A stretch of 64,000 nucleotides of DNA, from positions 37,233 through 101,232 of the IMG/VR virus record IMGVR_UViG_3300028591_000134. The stretch is one strand, 5' to 3'. This DNA is from a virus (Duplodnaviria; Caudoviricetes). Every line of letters begins with the position of its first letter. Positions within the stretch are counted from its first letter, which is position 1. Positions 41,574 to 52,496 of the stretch are shown in pieces. A program made the position numbers and the translations under genes. The notes under the pieces were generated by a model. The model did not search any database, had not been told where the DNA came from, and worked only from the letters and a program-made list of their open reading frames with translations.

Positions 41574-42128
41574 TTATTCTATCGGCGAAACGTATTCATC
41601 CATTATAGTAGGAGTTACGTCAGCTCGTTCAACCAAAAGATCGTCTTGGGAGAGGACTTTTTCCTCATGTACGTCGCCGAATCCCCGTTCGACAGCTTGA
41701 TCATCTCCAGACTCTCCGTCTGCAATACTTGTGTTATATCCGGCAGAGGATCCTGATATTTCGTCCTCAGCACTTCTTCCTGTTTCTAAGTCATTTTTAA
41801 GCTCATTTAATGCATTTTTAACCTGCTCTTTTACATCTTTTTCCTCCTCTTTAGGAGCATTCTTTTTTAAGAATTCTGCAAGTTCATCAGGCTTCATCTT
41901 AGACATTTCAGCCCACTCATAATTCATCAAATTGCGCATATAAACTTGATATTGAGCGGCTTTTACACGATCTTCATTAGTTTCTAAGCCTTTCTCAAGC
42001 AAAGCTTTATACTTTTCTTGATACTTTTGTATGGCCTATTGAGCTTCTTCTATCGTTATTTTATGATTATCTCCAGCAGCACGAACTAATTCGCCGTCAA
42101 TATCGTAGATATTGGTGTTATTTGTCAT
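41574..42128 (-). CDS. Hypothetical protein (184 aa), one TAG read through
   Basis: MTNNTNIYDIDGELVR... is in frame with the 41574-42002 fragment. Confidence 0.75.
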
Positions 42129-42196
42129 TGTTGTCAAAATTTAATATTGCTATACCACTATGATTCCATACTCTCCTTATTTCAGGATCGTCATCA

Positions 42197-42736
42197 TCAT
42201 AAAAGTGGTTCTAAAGTCTGTTTTTCGTATCTCGTTGTATTATATCCATTGCTCTTAGATACGCCTCGTCGTTCAAGCATTCTTTCAACGTGGTATGTGT
42301 ACATTGAACACTCACGTTCTTCAGGTCTTCCGTCTTCATTGATAGTAATATGAAAGTATTTTTTGTTATTTTTCCAAGTTTGGTATGTTTTGAATGCTTG
42401 TTTTCTCTCTATTCTATTGCTATAATGATGTATATATTTGAGCATCTGTTCTCCTGTTACAGCCCCACATGCGCTCAAATTAGCTAACTTTTCTACAAAA
42501 GAAGAAACACCGTCTTCCCCAAACTTATCGTGGAGTAGATGGTATTCCTACAAAGCCTACTAAAAGTACTAGTTGTCCTAATCATATATAGGTTCCAAAT
42601 CTAAGATATAACAACTATTTATTGGGTTATTGTGAATGTAGAAGTATTTACAATTATCTGTTACTGGTATACTAATTGCCTACAGACTTAAGAAGTCTGC
42701 GTAATATAGTACAGCATTCAATTCTATATTTGTCAT
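42197..42736 (-). CDS. Hypothetical protein (179 aa), 6 in-frame TAG
   Basis: ATG 42736 overlaps the upstream TGA and is in frame with 42197-42478. Confidence 0.75.
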
Positions 42737-43134
42737 TTTCTGGTCCAACTGTTATATATACATTGGGTAAGCCAGCCTACAAAATAGGCTAAAGCTTCAT
42801 TAGAACTATCAGGGATTACATCTTCATGTATATACGAATATATATCCATAGCTGCATGTAAAGCTTCATGAGCAGCTGTGTTTATAAGATCTAGTTTCTT
42901 ATCTATTCCTACTATATTTGAATATCTATTAAACTTAATTAATACACAGAATTTATTATCGCTCTTACGTTTACATCTAGCAGTAGTAGCTTGAGAGTTT
43001 ACTATAGCATCGTCTAATTCGTCTTCATTACAATACATGTAATCTTCTTTTAGATCTTCTAAAGTAACATCTTTATTAGCTATTACTATATCTACGTCGT
43101 ATATAGTACTATATATGTCTATATGTTTATTCAT
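42733..43134 (-). CDS. Small zincin-like protein (HEALH)
   Basis: AAHEALHA...NEALAY. Confidence 0.7.
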   Translation of the reverse strand: MNKHIDIYSTIYDVDIVIANKDVTLEDLKEDYMYCNEDELDDAIVNSQATTARCKRKSDNKFCVLIKFNRYSNIVGIDKKLDLINTAAHEALHAAMDIYSYIHEDVIPDSSNEALAYFVGWLTQCIYNSWTRK

Positions 43135-43202
43135 GTCTTACTAATATATATAGTCTATACCCACCCCCTATAGTCCCCCTCCCACAGGGAAATTTGGTCC
43201 TT

Positions 43203-43231
43203 TAACGTTAAAACGAGCCGTTATAGTTGCA
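43203..43231 (-). promoter_or_regulatory. Leftward late promoter TGCAAC-N18-CGTTA
   Basis: TGCAAC-TATAACGGCTCGTTTTAA-CGTTA on the - strand. Confidence 0.72.
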
Positions 43232-43255
43232 ATTTAACTAAATTTGAAATTTTAT

Positions 43256-43284
43256 TGCAACCGATGTAGTGCGTAAACGCGTTA
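43256..43284 (+). promoter_or_regulatory. Rightward late promoter TGCAAC-N18-CGTTA
   Basis: TGCAAC-CGATGTAGTGCGTAAACG-CGTTA, 22 nt before ATG 43307. Confidence 0.72.
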
Positions 43285-43306
43285 AGGCGTCGTAAAATTT
43301 AAAATT

Positions 43307-43735
43307 ATGGCAAAGATATTACGTGTAATTGAGCCGTTCTTCATCGCAGAAGTCGGTGATAAGTTTGAATTTGACGCTAATAAAGGCGTCTATGTTATAG
43401 AGAAGAACGAAGAGTTCTATAAAATTGCAGGCGATACTAGCAGTGAGATTAACTCATCGTATTCTTCAACATTCGAGATTTCAAAGAGTTATGCTCAACA
43501 GCTCTTAGATGAGGGATACCTCGAGGAGTATGTAGAGAAAAAGGATAAGAAAAACGATAAGATGTTCGTAAACGTGTTCGACGAGATCAACGGACTTATA
43601 GAAAAATATGAGTACGATCTTGCAAACGTTGATGAAGAGCTTAAGAATGAGCCGGAGTGTGTAAGACTTGAGAAAACCACAGTGCTTACTAATCTTTTAA
43701 AGGTTCTGAATTACCTTAAAGACTTGAAGAAATAA
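43307..43735 (+). CDS. Hypothetical protein
   Basis: 142-aa ORF, first of the rightward operon. Confidence 0.8.
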   Translation: MAKILRVIEPFFIAEVGDKFEFDANKGVYVIEKNEEFYKIAGDTSSEINSSYSSTFEISKSYAQQLLDEGYLEEYVEKKDKKNDKMFVNVFDEINGLIEKYEYDLANVDEELKNEPECVRLEKTTVLTNLLKVLNYLKDLKK

Positions 43736-44160
43736 TGGACAAAGAGAAGACAATAGACCAATCGGCGTTAGCAGAAAGTGTAGCGAAGAGTATACAATAT
43801 GAATTTCTTGATCATTTTCTCGTTAAACCCCTGGATCCGGTCAAAGTTAAGAAAGAGTTTAGTAAACCTGTTTCAACTGGTACACCCGTAGAAGATGCAA
43901 ATGGAGTTAAAGCAGAAGACTTTGACAGTGTTGAAACAGAGGTAAAAGAGGTTGATTCTGATTATAGGACAGCTGTTGTAATAAAACTCGCAAAGTCTTA
44001 TGAGAAACAACTTGCAGATCCGGAGCAAAACAAATACCTAAACGAAGTCATAAACGTTGGAGACGTAATTGTAATAAGGGAAACATCTGGTTTACGATTC
44101 GATCTAGTGAAAGATAGTCGATTAATTAGGTATTACGATATTATCGGAATTGTGAAGTGA
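43735..44160 (+). CDS. Possible GroES-like co-chaperonin
   Basis: LDHFLVKP...AVVIK...INVGDVIV...LIRYYDIIGIV follows the GroES pattern. Confidence 0.55.
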   Translation: MDKEKTIDQSALAESVAKSIQYEFLDHFLVKPLDPVKVKKEFSKPVSTGTPVEDANGVKAEDFDSVETEVKEVDSDYRTAVVIKLAKSYEKQLADPEQNKYLNEVINVGDVIVIRETSGLRFDLVKDSRLIRYYDIIGIVK

Positions 44161-44372
44161 TAACAATAGAAGACGTAGCTAAAGAAGTAGCAAAGAGAAC
44201 AAACTTAGATATAGATCTTGTTTCTACTATATGTAAACATCCATTCTCATATACAGTAGACTTGATGAAAGATGTAGATGAAACTAAAGATATACTATTC
44301 AATGAGTTGTTCAAGTTTAAACTGAAGAGGCGTTTTAAAGAAAATAAGACAAACGAATATAAATCCAAATGA
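44157..44372 (+). CDS. HU/IHF-like DNA-binding protein
   Basis: IEDVAKEVAKRTNL...ILFNELFKFKLK. Confidence 0.6.
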   Translation: MITIEDVAKEVAKRTNLDIDLVSTICKHPFSYTVDLMKDVDETKDILFNELFKFKLKRRFKENKTNEYKSK

Positions 44373-44737
44373 AGAATTTATTTATTACAGAGCGCGGTGC
44401 TATTGAGATGGTGAACAATGAACCCGTATATAAAAACTCAGATCGTAATGCAATCGATAATGTATATCTGATTACAGAAGATACTCATATAGTTTACAAC
44501 AGATATGACGGAAAACGCATCGAACTCAATGCAGAAGCTGGAGATATTTTAATTAAGTTCTACGAAAGTACGTTTTCATCTCCGATTATAATTGTACATA
44601 GTGAAGAGTGGAAAAACAACATTCTCGCATACAATGAGGCGGAGCAGAAACGTAAAGAAGAGTGGGCAGCTAAAGCCGCAAAGAGCAACAATGTGGTTAC
44701 AGAAGAAATATCAGAGTCACAAGATTTAACAGATTAA
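44369..44737 (+). CDS. Hypothetical protein
   Basis: 122-aa ORF. Confidence 0.75.
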   Translation: MKNLFITERGAIEMVNNEPVYKNSDRNAIDNVYLITEDTHIVYNRYDGKRIELNAEAGDILIKFYESTFSSPIIIVHSEEWKNNILAYNEAEQKRKEEWAAKAAKSNNVVTEEISESQDLTD

Positions 44738-44741
44738 TATT

Positions 44742-44993
44742 ATGAAGAAAAAGACATTTAAGCCTTCCTATGTTGTAGATCTCGATGAGATTGAAACTCT
44801 TGCAGACATTCCTGTAGCGTTTGCTCTTGCGAAGCACAATGCTCATCTCGCATTAACAGATGAAGAGCTTCAAGATATAATAGATGCAGCTACTCCTAAA
44901 ATCACATTCATATATTGTAAGTGTGAGTGTGCTAAGAAAAAGCCTTGGTATAAGAGGTTCTGGAATTGGCTGACTAGGAAGAATAAGAAGTAA
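44742..44993 (+). CDS. Hypothetical protein with basic amphipathic C-terminus
   Basis: Ends KKKPWYKRFWNWLTRKNKK. Confidence 0.75.
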   Translation: MKKKTFKPSYVVDLDEIETLADIPVAFALAKHNAHLALTDEELQDIIDAATPKITFIYCKCECAKKKPWYKRFWNWLTRKNKK

Positions 44994-45184
44994 ATTACTT
45001 ACAGTCGGAGGATTGTGCCTTGAAAGTCTATACCGACTATAACAAAGAGGCCCAAATACAGTTGCGTATACTGTGAATACGACGGTCTGGATGAACCGAA
45101 AATGGTGTAGCGCTCACTAAATTCATCCCACAATACAGCGCTCACTGCTGAGAGTGTGAGATTGCTATTGTATTTAAGATTTTA

Positions 45185-45234
45185 GGTGGTTATGGTACGG
45201 CTTAGGCTGAGGGGTTCGATTCCCCTACCAACCA
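45185..45234 (+). ncRNA. D-armless tRNA-like element ending CCA
   Basis: GGTGGT..CGGC-TTAG-GCTG, AGGGG-TTCGATT-CCCCT, ACCAACCA. Confidence 0.6.
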
Positions 45235-45269
45235 CTGGTCCATGGTGTAATGGTAGCACGGGAGGCTCT

Positions 45270-46264
45270 TATAGTAATTTAATGATTAATTGAATGAATT
45301 TATGACAAATAAAATATACGAATTGACTGACGAACAGTTTGTTAATTTGATTAAAAACAGTACAAATATATCTGAAGTTTTATTCAAACTTGGTTATACG
45401 GTAAAAGGCAACTCTTGGGGGTTTTCGCAAGTTCGAAAACGAATGACCGACTTAAACATTTCAATGTCACTTTTTAAAGGCAAAGGAGCCGCCATTGAAA
45501 AAACTAGAAGTGGCGCATTGACTGCAGAAATGCTGTTCAAAGAGAATTGCAAACACAACAGAACTTGTCTCAGAAGATTTATTGTAGCCAATGACATTCT
45601 TCCGTATAAGTGCGCAATTTGCGGTACTAAAGAATGGAACGGTAAAACTCTTAGTTTAGAATTAGATCATATAAACGGAATTAATAACGATAATCGTTTG
45701 GAAAACTTAAGATTTCTTTGTCCTAATTGTCACAGCCAGACTACAACGTATGGTAGTAGAAATCAACAGCGAAACGAATCCAAGTATGAAATTACAGAAG
45801 ATCTCAGACAGCTTGTTGAATCTACTTACGAAAAAGAAAAAAGTGTAAAACGGGTTTCTGCAGTATTAGGCATGCGTAGATGCGTTGTAACACAAATAGT
45901 AAACGAGTCTGGTCAAAAACATTCAAACCAACAATATGTTATACGATACGATGAAAACTGGAACGAACTTAAACGATATGGAAGTTTAAGCGAATGTGCG
46001 AGAGATTTAATAAACGCTAACGAAATAAAAACAAATCACGTATCTACTGCAAGGCGCTCGATACAAACGAACGCAAACAAGAAACAATTGTGGTTAAATA
46101 GTTATTGGATTACGTTGGATGGTAGCGGGATAATAAATAATCCGTTATTAGAATCTTCTCTAATTGACTCGGAAAACAATGTTGACGAGGCGCAAGCGAA
46201 AGCAGCGTGACAGACTGAACGAGAAGACTGGGTTTAAGACCTGGATGCAACAGTCGGGCAAAAG
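45270..46264 (+). mobile_element. Group I intron inserted after U35 of the suppressor anticodon
   Basis: Exon ends in U and intron ends in G; guide GTTGGA (46114-46119) pairs with TCT|AAC with G.U at the junction; P3 TCTTCTC/GAGAAGA, P7 GACTG/CAGTC. Confidence 0.82.
45302..46210 (+). CDS. Intron-encoded HNH homing endonuclease
   Basis: CAICG...LELDHINGINNDNRLENLRFLCPNCH; homologous to the tRNA-Leu intron HNH. Confidence 0.92.
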   Translation: MTNKIYELTDEQFVNLIKNSTNISEVLFKLGYTVKGNSWGFSQVRKRMTDLNISMSLFKGKGAAIEKTRSGALTAEMLFKENCKHNRTCLRRFIVANDILPYKCAICGTKEWNGKTLSLELDHINGINNDNRLENLRFLCPNCHSQTTTYGSRNQQRNESKYEITEDLRQLVESTYEKEKSVKRVSAVLGMRRCVVTQIVNESGQKHSNQQYVIRYDENWNELKRYGSLSECARDLINANEIKTNHVSTARRSIQTNANKKQLWLNSYWITLDGSGIINNPLLESSLIDSENNVDEAQAKAA

Positions 46265-46343
46265 AACCCTCCAGGCCCGGGTTCGATTCGATGGTGGGCC
46301 GACCAATACAGTGAAGACTGAAAACTTATAAATTAAACACATT

Positions 46344-46901
46344 ATGACGATTAAATTTAAGAGACTTAATGATAAGGCAGTGATGCCTGTTCGCGCTCAT
46401 AAGAATGACGCAGGATTCGATTTGACTTCTACCAGTGTAACTACTGAGGTGAGTGAATGTGGACAATTAGTACTTGTATATCATACTGGAATTGCAGTAG
46501 AGATTCCCGATGGATACTTCGGAATGCTCGTATGTCGTAGTTCTATTAGTAAAAAGAGCCTTGCTCTTACTAACTGTGCTGGAGTTGTAGATTCTAATTA
46601 CAGAGGTGAAGTCATGGCTAAGTTCAAGGTGACTACTGACGTAATTCCTGCTCTTTATAAGGAGGGCGAACGTTTTGCACAGCTACTTATACTTCCTGTT
46701 CCAGAGGTAGAATTTGAGGAAGTTGATGAGCTTAATGAAGATGAGCGTGGCGAAAACGGCTTTGGTAGTACGGGTACAGAAGAGATAGATAGCGCACCAG
46801 TCGCATCCGAGGGTTCTCCGGAAGATAAAAGCGAGCTTACAAACCCGATGATGTCTGACAACGGTAGCGGCGGGGAAGCAAACATCCCTGAGCAGGCATA
46901 A
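46344..46901 (+). CDS. dut: dUTPase (trimeric)
   Basis: DAGFDL, RSS, GVVDSNYRGE, RFAQL, RGENGFGSTG. Confidence 0.95.
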   Translation: MTIKFKRLNDKAVMPVRAHKNDAGFDLTSTSVTTEVSECGQLVLVYHTGIAVEIPDGYFGMLVCRSSISKKSLALTNCAGVVDSNYRGEVMAKFKVTTDVIPALYKEGERFAQLLILPVPEVEFEEVDELNEDERGENGFGSTGTEEIDSAPVASEGSPEDKSELTNPMMSDNGSGGEANIPEQA

Positions 46902-46957
46902 TAATAACGTTATAAAAGCCTGAAGAGCGGCGTACATGAGATGGCAATGCTCTATTC

Positions 46958-46985
46958 ATAGGGGGTCCTGAAAGGGGCTCCCTAT
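46958..46985 (+). terminator. GC-rich hairpin after dUTPase (possible terminator; no U-tract)
   Basis: ATAGGGGGTCC-TGAAAG-GGGCTCCCTAT. Confidence 0.4.
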
Positions 46986-47037
46986 CCCCATATATGAATA
47001 TTCATTAATTAAAAGACGTGTACGTCACAAATATAAT

Positions 47038-49017
47038 ATGATAGAACATAAACTTTTATACTATCCTAGAAAGGCGCAATTTGAATAGGAGAAAGATAAT
47101 ATAGCCGATACCTCAATTGCGTTTATTGCAGATAGTGGTACCATATACACACATAAGCATGAGTTTGGTGGCAATGGTGGCGGTACTAATACAGAATATA
47201 CCTACGAAATATCTAAGTAGTATACAGACGATCAGGTTACCCAAGCTGTCGGACGAATGATGGACGCCGTAGATGCTAAGATTACAGACTTTGCTACTAG
47301 GAATTATGTAAACAGTTCTCTTACTGCATACATGCAGGGACTGAATATAACTGATAAAGTTGAGCAAATTTTAAATGCAAAAGAACCTAGTTGGACAGCA
47401 TTAGTTTCGAGGATTGGAAGTCTTGAGGGACAAGAATAGAATATACTTGAGCAAATAGCAAGCATTAAAGCTTAGATTGTAGACGATGGTAATGGCGGTT
47501 CTTATCCGCAGATAACTCTTGAGACGATATACAGTCTTCTCAATGGTGATGATGATACCGCTAAAGAAATCGCTGCAAGAATCTTTATGCTTGCAAACGA
47601 ATCCGGTTCAGAAATACATCTTGATGCTGACAGAATATACTTCGGCAGCGATACTAATAATAACTAGTTGAAAATGTATATTCGCGGAGCCATCGATGAA
47701 GTACTTAGTGTAACAGTTACAGATCCGGATACAGCATTTACATATGCCGTATTACTTGCTTCAGGTCTTAAATTTCAAGACGATGAGACTAAATTGTGGT
47801 TAACACTTGCTGACGGATTGAAACATACCGATATAAATAGCAATAGTGCTCATAATGGAGAACATGGGTATTGGCTTAAGAAAGATGGTAGTGGAGAACT
47901 TGCATTTGGCAACATTACTTGGGATTCTAATGGCAATCTTATTACACACGGTCTGATGCTTAAAGAAGCTGAAGAGATGGGTGCCCCAAATTCGTTTATA
48001 GTAGATTCTGTGGTATTATGTCCTGCAGCTAACCGTCCCGGTGTGTCAGATTCTCAGAGCATTAGTTATTTTGAGATTATAACCTATCATATCTGCAAAG
48101 CTGGATTTATTATAAAACAGGGAGAAGCTATATTATCTAATAATTATTTCATGACTGCGGATGAAGATCCGCAAAGGTATGTAAGCGTGTGGACAAACGG
48201 CACGTATGGAGTAGCTGCAGATTCTACTTTATATACTGTTGGATATAGGGCTTATAGGCTGCCAGCCATTAGTGCGTAGAGAGTTCTTGCCGAAATTAGT
48301 AGAAATATAACGAACGATACGTGGCAAAATCTCATTAAAAATAGTAATGGAGAATATATATTTGAAAACGGAGAGAACGTCTATGTAGGATTTCCTGGAC
48401 AAATAAGCATTGTTAGTTCTAATTCGGGTTCTATATTTGTAGGGGCTGTCGATGGTCCTGATGGTAGTGATGTATTCGAAGCTGCGGCAGATGTTTTACG
48501 AACTAATGTATATAACGCTTTAACTAATGACGGTTAGTGGTAGTCTCCAACATATACATATAAGGGAGAATACGATAGTAGCGAAACATATTAGAAAAAT
48601 GATATAGTATCGGTAATTTATCAACCGGCATATCCAGGCAGTTATTACGATTTTGTTAATTTTTTATGTTTGCGTGATTAGACTGAACCTTCAAGCCCAA
48701 ATCGCGATGCCGAATAGACCGATGATACCGATTGGGCCAATTGTAGTACTAATGCCAACTTATATAGGTTTAATGTGGGGTAGAGTCCGCTGTCTGTAAA
48801 TAGTGCTGGGTGGACGATTTCTAATGCAGCTCCATAGACTACAGATTTTTCTTACACGGATACAAGTAACAATCTATAGTATGTATAGATATATAATATT
48901 GGAAGCACTTATAAATATTCTATAAGGCCGAGTTTAGTTACAAACTTTAGAACGGAACCAAAACTTTTCTATGGCACTCATATTGTTTAGTGGAATAATG
49001 GTCTGTTCGATTGGTAA
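47038..49017 (+). CDS. Putative tail fibre/structural protein (659 aa), many TAG read through
   Basis: Single frame from ATG 47038 to TAA 49015-49017; DGSGELAFGNITWD motif. Confidence 0.75.
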
Positions 49018-49071
49018 TTTAAATTACTAATGCAACATGAATAAACTAATTCCAGTTAATTAAAACGAATT

Positions 49072-52000
49072 ATGGAAAATACAAATACAAGATTATATTA
49101 TTTTAGAACTAAATCGGCGTTCTTGACGTATAAAGAACAGAATGGATTTTCGAAGGGAGCTATTGCGTTTATCGAATCTCCAAAATCCATTTATACACAC
49201 AACCAATACTGGGATGGTTCCGATGTTCCTACTGCTATACAAAACGCATTAACGAATATAGATACCGGTGGTATCAAAGACGGTACTGTATTGGGCACCA
49301 TAGACGGAAAGACGTTTAAATTTGGAGATAGTATTACTACTAATGGAAAAACGTATACTGCAGGCGAAGGTATTGATATTACAGGCACTACAATAAAGAG
49401 TAAGCCTGCTACATCTGAGAATATAGGTGGAGTTAAACTTGGCTATCCTTCAAGTGGAAATAATTATGAGCTCAAAGTAGATGGATATAATAGGGCATAT
49501 GTATATGTTCCCGGAGGAGATAATCCGATTTCTGGTGAAAATGGAGGATTTTGGGAGTTGATATTTATTGCATCCAACACAATGCCGGAGCTTCCAGGAA
49601 GCAATGCTTTAAGTAGCGGGTGGGATCATTCAGTACCGAGTAATACTAAGAAGATAATATGGATGGCCGATCGTTGGGTAGACGGATCTGGCACATATGG
49701 TCCTTGGCAAGGTCCCTGGCAAATCAGTGGTGTTGATGGCAAACCTGGTGTAGATGGTGACGAATTTGAGTATATTTATACTAGAACTACTGTTGAAGAC
49801 AGATCGTTGTGTCCTGGGCTTAGTAATTCACAGATTGACGATTATGTTCCCGCAGGATGGACAGATGATCCACAAGGAGTAAGTAATGACATTAAATATG
49901 AATGGATGGCCTTCAGAAAGAAGGAACATAGTGCCACTAATCTTGATGGTACTTGGACTACATTTACTGGTCCCATTCTTTGGTCTGCTTACGGTCGTCA
50001 AGGTATAGATGGAGATAGCGTAGAGTATATATATTTCGCAGGTTTAAATAACCGTTGGACCGACAATCCTGCATATTGGGGAAATGATGCACGATTCCAA
50101 GAGGATGATTATGTACGTCCTAATAGCGGATGGTCAGACAATCCTGTAGATTTGGAAAGTGCGAGTTATGGTCCTGGTTCTAAGCAGTGGGTATCTGTAC
50201 GCAAAAAGCGCAATAACATGTGGCAAGCATTCTCTAGTCCTAAACTATGGGGTTATTATCCGAATGACGGTAGGACAGGTAATGGCATAGTGGCAGATAC
50301 TGACAACGATATGATAGCTGTGTCGCTTGATGAAAATAATGCTAACTATGCAGTTAACTATGGAATACAGATGCATATGTATGAAGATGCATCGAATATT
50401 ACTATAACTGATTCGGAAATAAAGAGCGTTAAATGGGAAGATGGTACTACTGTAAGTTATTCAAACGAATTTGTTGCAAATAACGGACTGTTGACAATCA
50501 ATATTCCTGCTGAAACATATACGTTTGATAGTACTAGCCACGGCACATCTATATTTGTGACAGTTGAAATAACTGGTACTACTACATACGGTGTAACGAA
50601 GAGAAATATTGTAGTATAGTTAGCCGGATTTAGATTTGGTACCGATGGAGCTTCATATAAACTTGGAACTTCCGCAAAGGTGATCCGTAAGTCAAAAGCC
50701 GGAGTGCTATCTCCAGATCAATTAGAGGCCTGGTGTATTAAGACCGAGGGCGCTGGAAATATTGAACGTTGGACGCCAAGTACTATAGATGCCTCATCTA
50801 ATGGCGAATTCCAACTTAAATACGCTATAAACGATGGTTCAGATACTACGCTAAGTGCAGATTCTATTGTTGTTCCGTCTAATGCGGATACTATAACAAT
50901 CTCCCTATATTATGTGTCCGGAAGTCCATATCTCGTAGATCAAGAGAATATTCCGGTCATTAGAGAAGGAAATGATGGAACATCATCGATAATGTATCAA
51001 ATTCATTTAGTACAGGGCGCTATAAGAAAACTTTATCGCGAGGCAAGTAATATATGGCAAGTTGAAGGCGGTATAACATTCTTTGTTACAAAAATTGAAG
51101 GAACGTCTGCACCTTATTACATAGATGGCTCACAACCCGATGTAACTGTGGAAGTATATCTTGGTGGTCCTGAAGGATTACAATTGTCAACTTCTATGAC
51201 ATCATTAAACGGAAATCCGTTGTTTGTAGCAGATGTTATTGGAAGGACTTGGAACGATTCATTTACTTATACTACTATATTTGTAAAAGAAGGTGGAATC
51301 ATTAGAGCTGTCGCAGTTGTTCCTACAATAGTAAACGGCAAAAATGGAGAAACTGTAGAACAACAAGCTCTTGATTATGCTGTTACTAGAATTAGGAAAT
51401 GGAAGTCTGTTTTGGGTCCAGATGACGCTAATTGGAATAATGGCACGAATGTAGAAACTAATAGTGGAGTACGTTTTATAGATGTTGTAACGTACAATGG
51501 CAATTATTATGTATGTAAATATGCAGGTACAACTTCTGTTCCGGGTACAAATGCTGATCACTGGGCACTTTTAAATCGCGGCGAAGATAGTGCATACAAT
51601 ATGATCGTTTCTAACTTTATGGCTACTAATAGTCTTACTGCAAAACAAGTTGTAATTACAGATAGTAATGAGAACGTAGTAGCTGGAATGGTTAGCGGAA
51701 ATTTAGTATCTTCTGAATTTGGAGCATGGGCTAGCAATAACTCAAACGGAATTAGAATATTCGCTGGTGATAGAAGTAATGGTTCGAACATCGCAGATGC
51801 TGCATTTACGGTAGATGGTGGCGGAAATGTTAAAATGGCAGGTGATGTAAACATTTCAAGTGGTAATTTAAATATAGCCGGAGAAAGTGTGGTCATAAAT
51901 GGAGACCTTATAAAGGTTAAAGATATGTCTAACGGCACATCGTTCAGTGTAAATGAAAATGGAGATTTCGTAGGAGCTAAGGGAAATATTGCATATGACT

Positions 52001-52464
52001 ACACATATCATACGATGAAGCTCGGAAGCAACAATACCCTGTATTCGGAAGTACATTCTAAGGAAATTAATATCGATGGTGGGACAAACACTGTAAGCTC
52101 TGATATATCTATAAAAGGTGATATAAATATAGATGGAACTGTTTCCGCAACCGGATTAACCGCAAATACTATTCAAACTGAAAGCATATCTGCTAGTGGC
52201 AATGTTACGGTAGACGGACAATTAAATGTAAATGACGTTGTTAATTTTACTGCCGATACAAACATTGAAGATTTAGTTGTAAACAACATTTCTATAAACG
52301 GGAGCGTTAGTGCAGTAAATGGTGAACCTGGAGCTACGGAAGATGTTGAAATTTAGACTCCGTTATTCGGGAGTAACTCACAATTACTTGGTTACACCGT
52401 AATCACTCTACATTTTAGTGGAGGAATATTTACAGGATCTGAAACTCATACCCAAAGTTTATAA
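49072..52464 (+). CDS. Putative tail fibre/receptor-binding protein (1130 aa), 2 TAG read through
   Basis: Fragments are in one frame; GWTDDPQGV/GWSDNP repeats, G.DG linkers, beta-rich C-terminus. Confidence 0.8.
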
Positions 52465-52496
52465 TAACAGAACCCCGACTGTTTAAACGGGGACTT

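Larger units (their letters stand above)
45236..46305 (+). tRNA. Amber suppressor tRNA (anticodon CUA, Gln-like body) split by a group I intron; exons 45236-45269 and 46265-46305
   Basis: Joined GGAGG-CTCT|AAC-CCTCC; TGGTCCA/TGGGCCG-A-CCA; 5' half resembles the phage tRNA-Gln; T-stem imperfect. Confidence 0.82.

Noticed and set aside
45266-45272. Alternative splice junction giving a non-CUA anticodon
   Set aside because: Including T45270 gives an 8-nt loop, and the guide sequence matches only TCT|AAC.
46246-46275. TGCAAC as another late promoter
   Set aside because: No CGTTA at the right spacing; it is part of the intron core next to P7.
47038-52464. Diversity-generating retroelement acting on the fibres
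   Set aside because: No reverse transcriptase or template/variable repeat pair was seen in the window.
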